Of a DNA stretch of 64,000 nt, positions 52,561-64,000 are shown in pieces (the stretch's first letter is position 1; every line of letters begins with the position of its first letter). The stretch is from Octopus vulgaris (Eukaryota). The notes under the pieces were generated by a model, which worked only from the letters and a program-made list of their open reading frames with translations, was not told the DNA's origin and did not search any database. Location of the stretch: the NCBI GenBank assembly GCA_951406725.2, contig OX597819.1, forward strand, positions 37,572,001 through 37,636,000, in the 5' to 3' direction. The position numbers and the translations under genes are program-made.

Positions 52561-52723
52561 CCTAGGTTTTGGTCTGAGGATAACTTCCTCATTTCCTTGT
52601 ATCTATCATGGAAGTGCTAAAAAAAAAATGGTCATATCTGTTCACCTTTCTACTCTGAACAAGCAGTTAAAAAAAATGGATGTGCAAATGCACACACATA
52701 TACATTTATATGCACATACAAAT

Positions 52724-53040
52724 TTGTTTTTTTTTTTTTGTTTGTTTGTTCCTTCTCGAGCCATGCCTGGCTCATAAGGGTCGGTTTCCCGGTTTCTTAG
52801 CATATAGGTTCCCCACCTGGACAGGATGCCGGTCTGTCGCAGGTGAGCTGCAAGATGCAGGAGGAAAGAGTGAAAGTTGTGGCGAAAGAATCAGCAGAAG
52901 TTTGCCATTACCTTCTGCCAGAGCCACGTGGAGCTTAGGTGTTTCGCTCATAAACACACACATCGCCCGGTCTGAGATTTGAACCGATGATCCCTTGATC
53001 ACGAGTCCGCTGCTCTAGCCACTAGGCCATGTGCCTCCAC
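52724..53040 (-). mobile_element. tRNA-derived SINE with target-site duplication
   Basis: A box TGGCCTAGTGG, B box GGTTCAAATCT, (AAAC)n/A tail; cacatacaaat duplicated at 52713 and 53038. Confidence 0.9.
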
Positions 53041-53088
53041 ATACAAATAGTCCTTGAAGTTCCTGGTTACCTGTTCAAAGGAACATGA

Positions 53089-53310
53089 TTAACCTTCTAG
53101 CTTTTAAACCAGCCATATTTGGCCCAAATATTCTACCTGTTTATGTTAAAGCTCTCCTGATCCAACCTCTCACAGGTATTTTACAATGTCATTCTAAAAG
53201 ACATATAAACACATCATTGAAATTTTGAAGGTAATGCATAATAAATTCAAAACGATGTGAATATGTAAGCAATACATTTGACAAAGAACTCTGAATGCTG
53301 AAGGTTTAAG
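53089..53310. mobile_element. piggyBac-like MITE, family A
   Basis: ttaaccttctagcttttaaac...gaatgctgaaggtttaa. Confidence 0.75.
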
Positions 53311-53434
53311 CCAATTAGAAAAAAGAACTTAAAGTATTAGGATTGAATATCAAAATGTTTTATTAAATTAGTGAATCAATAAGAAAACTCCCTTTTCCAG
53401 AACTCACTTTTAATAAAACGTGCACATACACGTG

Positions 53435-53465
<31 letters not shown>

Positions 53466-54430
53466 ATTATTGTGGAGACTGTCAGGTTCAGTACTTCGGT
53501 GACCAGTAGTTTCATCTCAAGTGAGAATCGACAGACTGTGGGACATTTATTTAGAAGTGTAAAGAGTATGTATGTAGTGTAATATTTTTTTGTGGGGCTA
53601 TTTTTATTTTTGTTTTCTTTTATTTGAACACACCAAAGTTTTGTGGGTTTGTTTGGAGATATATGTGTGAGTAGGCAGGATTATGAGGTGTGTAGATATA
53701 AGTATAAGTTTTAGTGGTTATGAGAAATGATAACAAAGATAAATAAGTTTAATTTGTCATTCAATGGGATGATGTTGTTGTCCTCCTCATCATCATTATC
53801 ATACCCTTTTTTTTATCTGTTTTCCATGTGATATGGGTTGACTAGTTTGACAGGGATCGGCAAGCCAGAGGACTACACCAAGTCTGCTTTGGTATAGTTT
53901 CTATGGCTAGATGCTCTTACTAATGCAGACCACTTTACTAACTGTACTGAGTACTTTTTATGTGCCACCAGCACCAGTGAGGTCATTAGGTAAATTTTAA
54001 GACAAAGACACTTCAACTGAGAACACAACTGAGTGGGCATGTAAGTTTGTGAAAATAAAGTTCAATGGTGCAAGATTATGTTAAAGAGCTTCTTTCTTTT
54101 GTCCAAATGAACATGATTGATATTAGTTTTAGAAAGTGAAGACAGCTTGTTTTTGAAGGTTTTCTGGAAAGTGTTTACAATTTTGGAGCAGGTAATGTTC
54201 CTTATTAATTGGAAGAAGGTTGCAAAAAGTATGTTAAACTGTGGATATTTTGTTATTCTGAAACCAAATTTGGATTTAGATAATGTAAATTTATTGAAAT
54301 TGTATCAAATAAAATTATCGGAGAAATTCATATATTTTAGTATCTTTGTAGAGATGTATAAGTATAACTTAAGCTTAGATTAAATTTTCTTATATTTACA
54401 TACAAAAGTTTTGAAATAAGACATGCGCTT

Positions 54431-54665
54431 TAACCCTTTAGCATTTAAACTGACCATACCCAGCCCAAATATTCTACTTGTTTTATGTTAAAACTGGTGA
54501 GATCCAGCCTCTCACACCTACCTGAAAACAAACAATCTAAAATTCTAAAATAAGCAATCATGTCATCAAAATCTCAAGGTTGTGAGATAATGCATGATTA
54601 ATTCAAAACAATGTGAATAAATAAGCATTGCATTTGACAGAATAGTCTGAGGGCTACAGGGTTAA
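54431..54665. mobile_element. piggyBac-like MITE, family A
   Basis: ttaaccctttagcatttaaac...gctacagggttaa. Confidence 0.8.
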
Positions 54666-55504
54666 TAAAGATCTCAGTTCTGACAATGAACAGCATTTGA
54701 TAAGGCTTGGAAGGCAACTCTGTCATTTTAAGGGAGAATTTAATCTTCTATTTTCTATTTTGCTGTTTTTTCATCCTGGGTTATTTTCTTATGAGTACTT
54801 GAAGTACTCACTGTACACATTGACCTGCAAGTCTACCATCCAAGCACACATGCTGAAACTGAAATCCACATAGAAATAAAAGTATTTCTTTCTACAGGAA
54901 AAAAAAAACCCCAATCACACCACATACATTCTTCATATATCTAAACTAAATAATTGCAACTTTAAACTGGGGATTTCCAAAGTGAATGAGGGAATGAGGA
55001 CAAGGGGAAGTGGGACAGAAGAGAAATTTAGCAAAGAAAACAAGCCAAACAAATAGGATATAGAAAAGCACAAATGTCTTCTCGTCAGCTCTTGACTGAA
55101 GTTTTGTGATTTCAGCTCATTTAACAACAGGTTCACTAGCTTCAGTGTGCCAGTAAGGAATGGTGCTGTGAAGAAAGAATAACATCAAAGGATTGGGACA
55201 ATGAGTCATAGGGTAGTGCATTTTCAATGCCATGAGACAAGACAACAAATATACAAAAGCATATAAAAAATCCAAAACAAATTATGTATTGTGCTAAAGA
55301 TCAATATTTTGAATAATATAACTGATGTTATTTGAAATCTTCTATAAAAATATTTGTATTTTTACATTCTAAGCTATACCAACTTTTATTCATAACTCAG
55401 CAAGTATCCTTTTTATATAGAACTAGCAGAGGTACTCAGCGTTGCCTGGTATAACTCTCAACGGAATAGTCATTCAAATGAACCAAAAGACTTCCTTCAA
55501 ACAT

Positions 55505-55915
55505 GACTATAGAAGTAACAATTTACAGGTGTTGGTTCTAAAGAGTACCTTTGAACGTTCACTATCAAATAATTCTGCAGTGGTGCTGTCAACAAAGATG
55601 GATCCGATGGTAACAATTTAATCTTGCTGGCCCTGAAGCGAGCTTTGGATTGTTCACTCTTAAAAGTCCCAGAGGCAGTGCTCCCAGCAAAGACGAATCC
55701 AGTGATAACAATTTATAGTTGGTGGCCCTGAAGATGACCTTTTAGCATTCACTTTGAATTTTCTCAGCAGTGGTGCTGCCAGCAAAGATGAATCCGATAG
55801 TAACAATTTAAACTTGGTGGCCCTGAAAAGGGCTTTGGATCATTCACTCTTAAAAGTCCCAGCAGTAGAGATGTCAGCAAAGACGACTCCAATTAGAGGT
55901 GGTGGCCCTCAAGAA
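55505..55915 (+). repeat. ~95-bp diverged tandem repeat, about 4.5 units
   Basis: gcagt...agcaaaga.gaatcc...taacaattta...tggccctgaa...ttcactct recurs at about 55577, 55675, 55767 and 55862. Confidence 0.85.
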
Positions 55916-56558
55916 GTCCTTCACACCACTTTGGTGTGTTGTATTTGGTTTATTTGTTATTTGAAATTGTAACCTAGAAAAGCATGTAAAAGTTGTTCGT
56001 AACAATAGCAATAAGTAAATACTAACTATTCAAAGGATACAGGCAAAAATGTCTGAAAAATTACAGTATGATAAGTTCAAGTAAAAGATCATGTATTCAC
56101 CTTCCTCTGTGAGCCAATAGTAATCAATATGTTTCATTTCATGAAAACCAAACACCAACACAAGCAGTTATGACGTTTTGTTGTATTGATGATATCAGCT
56201 TCAATATCCATCAAAATCGGTTTACTGCCCCCTAAGGGGTCCCCTACCTGAATTTCTGCACAAGTGCACGCTTGCAACTTTATTTGTAGGCCATAAGCAA
56301 ACAAAAGATTAATTTTGGTGAAGATAGGAGGCAAACAGCAGGAATTATGGGGCCTTTATGCAGCAGTGCTGCTGACACCAAGAGAGAGGCTTAAGGGGGT
56401 TATCTACCCCTGGGAGCCCCACAATCTATGTACAGAAAAAATAGCCTATGACATGTAATAGGACTTCAGAAACCTACATATGAAATCTGGTGCAAATTGG
56501 TTGTAAAATGTAGAAATGCATGTAGTTACACAGACAGACAGACATCTTCTGTATTATA

Positions 56559-57069
56559 CCGTAAATCCTCGAGTATAGTTCGCCCTCGAGTATAATATGC
56601 AGGGGATTTTTAGGGGGCTGTACCTCTGAAAAACCTAAACCTTGTGTATAATATGCACCCTTTCTCTATCTTGAGTCAAGGGGGTCTATTTAACGTCCTT
56701 GGTTTATAAAAATGTATACGGTAGCGTACTTTATTATTATTGTACATATAACATAATGCAAACGTGTAGCTTTTCTGTGCATTTTGTTTGCAGGAAATAA
56801 AGAAATAACAGTAATAATATTTAATAAATGTTGCTTACTGCAAGTTATGGATGATTCTTTTATGACTTCATTGCTTTCAGGCTTAGTTTAAGATATTTTT
56901 GTGCCTGACATCAAAAATGCATCTGAATAAACATTGCAGGACAGCAAATAGAGACGCAGACATTGCTTAGAAAATAATTTTCATTTTTAACCTCGTATAT
57001 AGTACGCACTAGGGATTTTGACCTTTAAATTTTGAGAAAAAAATGCGGATTATACTCGAGGACTTACGG
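56559..57069. mobile_element. Tc2/pogo-like MITE, 511 bp
   Basis: TIRs CCGTAAATCCTCGAGTATA / TATACTCGAGGACTTACGG (1 mismatch), TA on both sides, subterminal repeats of cctcgagtata. Confidence 0.88.
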
Positions 57070-58332
57070 TATATATATAGATTATTAAAAGAGATCATGC
57101 CAATATCTTTTACATAACAACAAAGACAGTCATTTGAGATCTTTTAAATTACCACTTATAACCTCTTATTTTTCTCCAATATCTTTAAGTAGTAAAAAAG
57201 AAAAGAAACCTAAGACTTATTAAAAGGTAGTTTTCATTCTAACTACAAATAGGATGGATATCATTCTGATCTGCTATTGTATATCACACACACACACACA
57301 CACACACCTCAACAGACCATATCCAGTGATCACATTTAATAAAATATCATCAGTTGAAGGAGGGTTTTGAAAAGATACCCACTTAATAGGAATCTCTTCT
57401 AACAATACATAATCCATAATGCTCATCTTTTATATCAACAATCAATAAGATGAGCCAAGGCAGCATCCACATAGTCATGTAGCCATTAGACCAGCTAGAA
57501 ATAGCAACTAAATTCTTTCAATAACACTCTGCTATCTTAAAAAAAAGGAAAGTATATATTGTATGATGCAGTCTTTTAGATGGGATTGTCAAAGTTGAAA
57601 CCTTTAATCATGTCTTCTTAATCAGTATCAACCTAGGGCCAAATAACAATGACTATGATTACATTTTATCAGTAACCTATTTTCTACTTTGTATTTTTAC
57701 ACAGTTAGTATCATAGCTAATGAAGATTAACCCTTGTGTGGTTATTGCTACTTGAAAATTGTTTACTCATAAAGCTCATCTTTCATTGAATTAACTCATC
57801 TTCATTGATATAACACCTAAATTGCTACTTCCTTACTAGTTTTCTTTTTTTATCCCTGATATTACTAACATTTTAATTTTCAAGGATAATCTGTGTTCTT
57901 CCAAAAGGGTTACCTTTTCTGATAATAGTAACCATTTCAATTTTACAACAGCATTTTCAAATCCATCCAACCATCCATCTTCTCTGCCCACTTTTCCTGA
58001 AAGGGTCACGAGGATAGAGTTCTCAGGCAGCTCTTCCATAGGGCCCTATTAGAAAGCAACCATCATTATACTTTTCAGCTGAATTCCAAAGTGTTACCAA
58101 CTGAGATTATGGACATTATCCAACCATCTCATTCTTGGTCTACCCCTAGGTTTCCTGCCAGTTGGTTTAGCCTTAGGAACCCATCTTGTGATTCTTTCCC
58201 AAGTCCATTGTATTCATAAATGGTGTTTAACAAAATTATAATTTTTGCATACAGAAATACATTATTTTCAGATTTTGCTAGTATTTAGGAATATCTTTAC
58301 TTTTGAAAAAAGTTAATTTAAGAAAAAAATGT

Positions 58333-58488
58333 GAGTGGCTGTATGGTAAGTAGCTTGCTTACAAACCACATGGTTCCGGGTTCAGTCCCACTACATGGCA
58401 ACTTGGGCAAGTGTCTTCTACTATAGCCTCGGGCTGACCAAAGCCTTGTGAGTCAATTTGGTAGACGGAAACTGAAAGAAGCCCATCG

Positions 58489-58545
<57 letters not shown>

Positions 58546-58765
58546 ATATATATATATGTTTGTTTGTGTTTGTCCCCCCACCATCGCTTGACAACCAATG
58601 CTGGTGTGTTTACGTCTGCGTAATTTAGCGGTTCAGCAAAGAGACCGATAGAATATGTACTAGGCTTACAAAGAATAGGTCCTGGGGTCGATTTGCTCAA
58701 CTAAATGTTGTGCTCCAGCATGGCCACAGTCAAATGACTAAAACAAATAAAAGAGTAAATGAGTA
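58333..58765 (+). mobile_element. tRNA-derived SINE with internal (TA)n
   Basis: Close match to 63266-63690; a more diverged copy lies at about 60030-60410. Confidence 0.9.
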
Positions 58766-60721
58766 TATCTAACATTTCTACTTTCAGAACTACTTTAAAA
58801 GGTTGACAAAATCCAGTAAAATCCAAAACATATGGATTCACCACCAATGGTGAATTGGTAGAATCATAAGGAATGTTGGAAAGAATGCCTCTAGATATTT
58901 ATTCCAACTCTCTGCAGTGTGAGTTGTTCAAATCCTGTTGCTTTTTCTTTATTCTCCTGGAGTTGATAAAAACAAATACCAATATACAAATCTAGGATGA
59001 TGAATTGACAGAACTATTAGAGGGTTGAGCAAGATGCTTTGCAGTTCAATTCTTCATGTCTTGTGAACAATACTTGCAATGACATTGGTGCCAAGCAATG
59101 TTGGCCCAAGTCAGTAGCCTTTCTCTTGGATAAATATTGGTAACATGAAGAAGCGACTTAACTGCTTGCCCTCATCAAATATATCATAGCCAGGACTACA
59201 TACATATGCAGATTCATAGTCAAATTAACCGACAAAGACTCTACCTTTCTACAAAAAGGATTATCAAGAAAAAGAGAAGAATTTTCAAACTATGATGATA
59301 TTTCAAATGATACTAAAAAAAAAAAAAAAGAAGTATTTTTCTGTTAAAGAAATTTTATTCCCAATTCCAAGAAGGAATATCTAATTTTAATCTCATCTCC
59401 ACAACACTTGTTTTAAATATACAAGCATCATTAAACAACAATAAATTTTAGAGCAGAAAAGCTGCATGCATAAACATCACAATCTTTGATCATCAAATCA
59501 GCAAAACAATAACAGAATTAAAAGACTACCAAGATATTCAAGGAACATAGTTCTGTTTCAGTAATAAGTTGAGGCAGGGGCCTTTATACAGTCACTCAAG
59601 CTGTAAGAAATAGCAACTAAATCTTCCTCAAATCACATGTACCATCTTAAAAAGAACATGTTGAATAATGAAGTCCTGGATTCTTTGAACATTGGAAAAA
59701 GATGGGATGGTCATGGATAGATTATTTTTGATCATGGGCCTGATTGATCAGGAGCTGACCTGAAGTTAAATAGTAACTAAACATCAGTATGTTAGCAAAG
59801 AAGTATTTATGTGATTGCTCACCCAGCTAGAAATAACCAAAATAACAAAAATATCCCTTCCACCTTTCACTGTGTCATCATCACCAGTGTTTTACTTCCA
59901 TTTTTCCATACTGGCATAGGTTAGACAGGTTTTTCTAAGGCAGTGTTTTAATAGCTGGATGCTCTTTCTGTCACCGACCTCTATCTTAAAACATGAGGAT
60001 ACATTACATAATATTGTAGCTACAGACATGGGTGTTGCTTCCCAACCACATGGTTCTGGGTTCTGTCCTACTGTGTGGAACCCTAGACAAGTGTCTTCTA
60101 CTATAGCCCTGGGCTGACTAAAGCCTTGAGTGGATTTGATAGACAGAAACTGAAAGAAGCCTATTGTTTATATATGTATATATGTCTGTGTTTTTATCTT
60201 TGTGCTTGTGTTTGTCACCACATGACAACTGGTGATGGTTTGTTTATGTTCCCATAAATTAGTGGTTCGGCAAAAAGGAGTGATAGAATAAGTACCAGGC
60301 TTTTAAAAAAGACTTGGGCTCAATTTGTTTGACTAAACCCCTTAAAGTAGTGCCCCAGCACGGCAGCACCCCAATGACTAAAACAAGTGAAAGATAAAAG
60401 AAAAGATAAGCCTCTAAAGTGATGCAACGGTCATGGCTGGAACTCTGTTGATGAGAGGACTGCTTCATCAGCTCTAACCTGGGGCTAAATAATAGCAATT
60501 ACTTTAATCAAAGGTCAATCTCCCAATAAACATCAAAATATATTAACATCACACTAGTGTGATACTACAACTCAAAGAATACCATCTCTCTCCTACTTGA
60601 TTTAATTAAATAAAACAAACAAGAATGCATCCACAACTTTAATAATTGCATTAAATCCAATCTTTGTACTTGGCTACAAAGGAATCCAACAACTTCATGT
60701 ACTGACTCAATCTACTGTAAC

Positions 60722-60760
60722 TACCACCACCACCACCACCACCACCACCACCACCACCAC
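60722..60760. repeat. (CCA)n microsatellite
   Basis: About 12 perfect units. Confidence 0.95.
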
Positions 60761-60876
60761 TGTGGCCATAGAATGGACTGAAGTATGGTATATCTAAAAA
60801 CCAAGATGTATGTATTGTTTCCATATTCGCTAACTCCATGTGTTAGGTCTGTTGAAACAGAACTAGGTATATTCAA

Positions 60877-60919
<43 letters not shown>

Positions 60920-61232
60920 GTTTAACGTCCGCTTTCCATGCTAGCATGGGTTGGACTGAGGGCTGACAAACCAGATGGTTGCACCAGGCTCCAATCTTGA
61001 TTTGGCTGAGTTTCTACAGCTGGATGCCCTTCCTAACGCCAACCACTCCGAGAGTGTAGTGGGTGCTTTTTACGTGCCACCGGCATGGGGCCAGTCAGGC
61101 GGTACTGGCAATGACCTCGCTCGAATCCTTTTACACATGCCACCAGCAGAGGTGCCAGTAAGGCAACTTTGGTAACGATCACGCTCAAATGGTGCCCTTT
61201 TACATGCCACTGGCATGGAAGCCAGTTGGCTA
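60877..61232 (-). mobile_element. RTE 3' fragment with long (CAT)n tail
   Basis: (CAT)14 followed by cgtttaacgtccgctttccatgctagcatggg. Confidence 0.9.
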
Positions 61233-61454
61233 ACTAATGAAAATTTTCTGGGGTCCTCAGATACACGGGGTTGAATGGATATCTGCAGGCCTGGAGATTT
61301 TAATTTTTTAAATTTTTTTATTTACATGTGGAAGACTGACTGTTACACGTGAATGCAAATCTCCCCTCTCCATACCACCAGTGTTGACTAAGGAAAAGAA
61401 CCGCTACCTTAACACCTCTACTGTAGAAAGATATACCCACTCAAAATTTCATTA

Positions 61455-61653
61455 CCCTTAACTGTGGAAAGCAATTTTTTTTTATAGTAATCTATCTTTT
61501 GCTGAGAAATGTCTTGTTTGAAATAATTTTTTGTTGAGATATGTCAAGTTTATTGAGACAACATGACTTACAGAAAATACCAATTTTTTTTATTTGGTAG
61601 ATATTTAACATCTTTACAGGAATAACTTTGTATCTAATTTCACAGTTGAAGGG
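61455..61653. mobile_element. piggyBac-like MITE (third family)
   Basis: cccttaactgtg / cacagttgaaggg termini; TTAA on the right, TTA on the left. Confidence 0.6.
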
Positions 61654-61719
61654 TTAAAGCTGATACAGTTTGGTACAAGTGTCAGTAATGACATTGCTGT
61701 TAGATTGGACCAGAACAGA

Positions 61720-63080
61720 TACCACAAAGCATCCTGTTCAATGCTTTAACACTTTTGCCAATTGAAGGAGTGATATATATATATATGGGTGAGTGATGAT
61801 AAGGATTGGCCTTGCTAGAATTTTCAATGTTACCTCACTAGTGTTATATTTGGTTTTAGAATTATCATAATTTTTCCCAGATTCTGAGAATTTGACATTG
61901 TTTGGATAAGTAGTTGTAGATGTTGGTGAGTGCAATGATTCTTTTAGGCATTAAGTATTTTAGTTGCCTTTTTTTTGTGTGTGTATGATTTTGTTTGGCT
62001 CTGTGGTTTTTGAGTTTTTAGATCTTCCTAATGCTTTACATGTATTTGATGGTTGATTTTTTTTGTCGTTGTTGTAAAATGTCTTGCTACTTACTATGCA
62101 TAGTGTTTTACTGTTAGTTTTGTGGTTTATGTTGGATACAAATATCTGCCAGTTCTCACTTTTCCATGATTCATTTATTCTTACTTCCTTGTTTAATTGT
62201 TTGATATTGAGTTTCATTCCAGTTGTGTGTGGTTTTGGCTATTGTCTTCGAGACTGAGTCTAGTTTGCATGAAGTTGCTATTTCTGGTGTATAATTAGAG
62301 CAGTATTTTTTATGTTGTTTTGTGGAATACATTTGTTTTACATACATCTATAATTAATTCATTGAATATGTGTTGCAGTGTCTGTTTGTGATTGTGATAT
62401 TGCTGAATTCTGAAAGCCTTGATTCTGTTTCTTGCTAGAACACATTCTTATTTCTTTATTGCCCACAAGGGGTTAAACTTAAAGGGGACAAACAAGGACA
62501 GACAAAGTGATTGAGTCGATTATATCAACCCCAGTGCGTAATTGGTACTTAATTTATCGACCCTGAAAGGATGAAAGGCAAAGTTGACCTCGGCAGAATT
62601 TATACCCAGAACGTAATGGCAGACGAAATACCGCTAAGCATTTCGCCCGGCGTGCTAATGATTCTGTCAGCTTGCCGCCTTCTTGCTAGAACACATTCTA
62701 ATATGTTTTTCTGAAGTTTGTAAACATATTTTTGCTTTCTTCATTGATGATGATTGGTATGTAGTCCAAAGAAAGTTTGAGAATTGTTTGCTAAGTATCT
62801 GTGGTAGTTAGGTGTTGGGAGCATAAGTTGATGTCTGGGGGAAAATCATTGTAGTTGGCTTGATGAGATATATGCGTGGACATGAATTGTTTAGGATATA
62901 AAGGGAATCTAAATGCAATGATATTATGTCACATTTCTTGTTATCTGTTAATATTATGAAACTAGAAGGTTTTGCATGCAATGAAGTCTCCTCCGGTGTT
63001 AGTAATGGTAGTGTTTGTAAGAATGTTATAATTTACAGCTGAGGTGTGCAACCTGATGGGTTAGTTAGTGAGGTTAGTAT
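61720..63080 (-). mobile_element. Decayed Jockey/I-like LINE (end of endonuclease to start of RT)
   Basis: KYLMPKRIIALTNIYNYLSKQCQILRIWEK..ILKPN..RPI..AKVL resembles the pre-RT segment LxxIYNxSLxxxxIPxxWKxAxIIPILKP..YRPISL..AKVLE. Confidence 0.6.
62449..62679 (-). mobile_element. tRNA-derived SINE, full length, 20-bp target-site duplication
   Basis: 5' end ggcggcaagctgacagaatcattagcacgccgggcgaaatg; central gcctttcatcctttcagggtcgataaattaagtacc; ttcttgctagaacacattct at both 62429 and 62680. Confidence 0.92.
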
Positions 63081-63265
63081 ATAAATAAATAAATAAATAT
63101 ATAAATCAACATTCTCATAAATAAATATAAATGTATGTGTGTGTGTGTGTGTGTTATATTAATGTACTTCACGTTGCAGTTTTATTTTGAAAGTTTGCAT
63201 TTCTAGTGTTGTGTTGTTTTCTGTTTCCTTAGAAATATCATTTTTGAAAGTTGAGAGTGTTACCA

Positions 63266-63690
63266 GGCACAGGATTGGCTGTGTGGTAAGTAGCTTGCTT
63301 ACCAAGCACATGGTTCCGGATTCAGTTCCACTGTGTGGCACCATGGGCAAGTGTCTTCTACTATAGCCTCGGGCTGACCAAAGCCTTGTGAGTGGATTTG
63401 GTAGACGGAAACTGAAAGAAGCCTGTCGTATATATGTATATATATATATGTGTGTGTGTGCGTGTGTGTGTGTGTGTGTGTTTGTGTATCTGTGTTTGTC
63501 CCCCCACCATCGCTTGACAACCGATGCTGGTGTGTTTACGTCCCCGTAACTTAGCAGTTCGGCAAAAGAGGCTGATAGAATAAGTACTAGGCTTACAAAG
63601 AATAAGTCCTGGGGTCGATTTGCTCGACTAAAGGTGGTGCTCCAGCATGGCCGCAGTCAAATGACTGAAACAAGTAAAAGAGTAAAAGAG
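63266..63690 (+). mobile_element. tRNA-derived SINE with CORE-like segment and internal (TA)/(TG) microsatellite
   Basis: A box TGGCTGTGTGG, B-box-like GATTCAGTTCC, tgggcaagt, 3' (AAAAGAGT)n tail. Confidence 0.9.
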
Positions 63691-64000
63691 AATTATTTTT
63701 ATCTCTGAATGTTGTGAGTGATGACAAAAATAATTTAGTTTCACGAAGATGTTTTTAATGTTGTTAATGTTGAATTTACAGTTTTTTTTTCATACAGCAA
63801 AAATTAATTTTTTGTGCATGAAATGTTTATTTTAAGATGTACTCTATGGACATCTGTCACATCAGGAAGGAAGATAACAATAATACCTCCGGTTTTTATC
63901 ATCGTTATTGCTACCAATGCTACTATTATTTTACCTGTAAAGATGTATATGTTATGGTTTATTTGGAAATGTGGTTTGGTAGTATTTGTGTGAATATTCA

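Larger units (their letters stand above)
55422..57083 (+). mobile_element. Non-autonomous Helentron/HINE (DINE-1-like) element
   Basis: Start actagcagaggtactcagcgttgcctgg; internal tandem repeats; aaatctggtgcaaattgg; (CAGA)n; end tatatatagat after removing the nested MITE. This architecture is typical of HINE/DINE-1-like elements. Confidence 0.6.

Noticed and set aside
52960-53040. tRNA gene
   Set aside because: The A and B boxes belong to a SINE head followed by a body, tail and target-site duplication; the same applies to the SINE heads at 62679 and 63266.
60651-60918. Poly-Gly, poly-Met and poly-Trp ORFs
   Set aside because: These are translations of (CCA)n and (CAT)n microsatellites.

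Overview
AT-rich, repeat-dense eukaryotic genomic DNA. Its SINE and RTE families resemble those I recall from coleoid cephalopods (Octopus-like); this assignment is inference. The only clear host gene is a PPM1A/PPM1B-type PP2C phosphatase on the minus strand. Its large first coding exon is 15465-16321 (ATG at 16316), a probable non-coding first exon and CpG-retaining promoter lie near 36.1-37.3 kb, and I could not find its downstream coding exons, which probably lie left of the window. The rest is decayed or nested transposable elements: RTE, CR1-like and Jockey-like LINEs, three tRNA-derived SINE families, mariner, Tc2-like and piggyBac-like MITEs, a Helitron Rep fragment, a Helentron/HINE-like element and Penelope-like elements (PLEs). 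The most notable signal is a set of five type-I minimal hammerhead-ribozyme motifs in apparently four different PLE/retrozyme-like elements, including an inverted pair in the presumed PPM1A/B intron. All alignments were done by eye, so boundaries of decayed elements are approximate.
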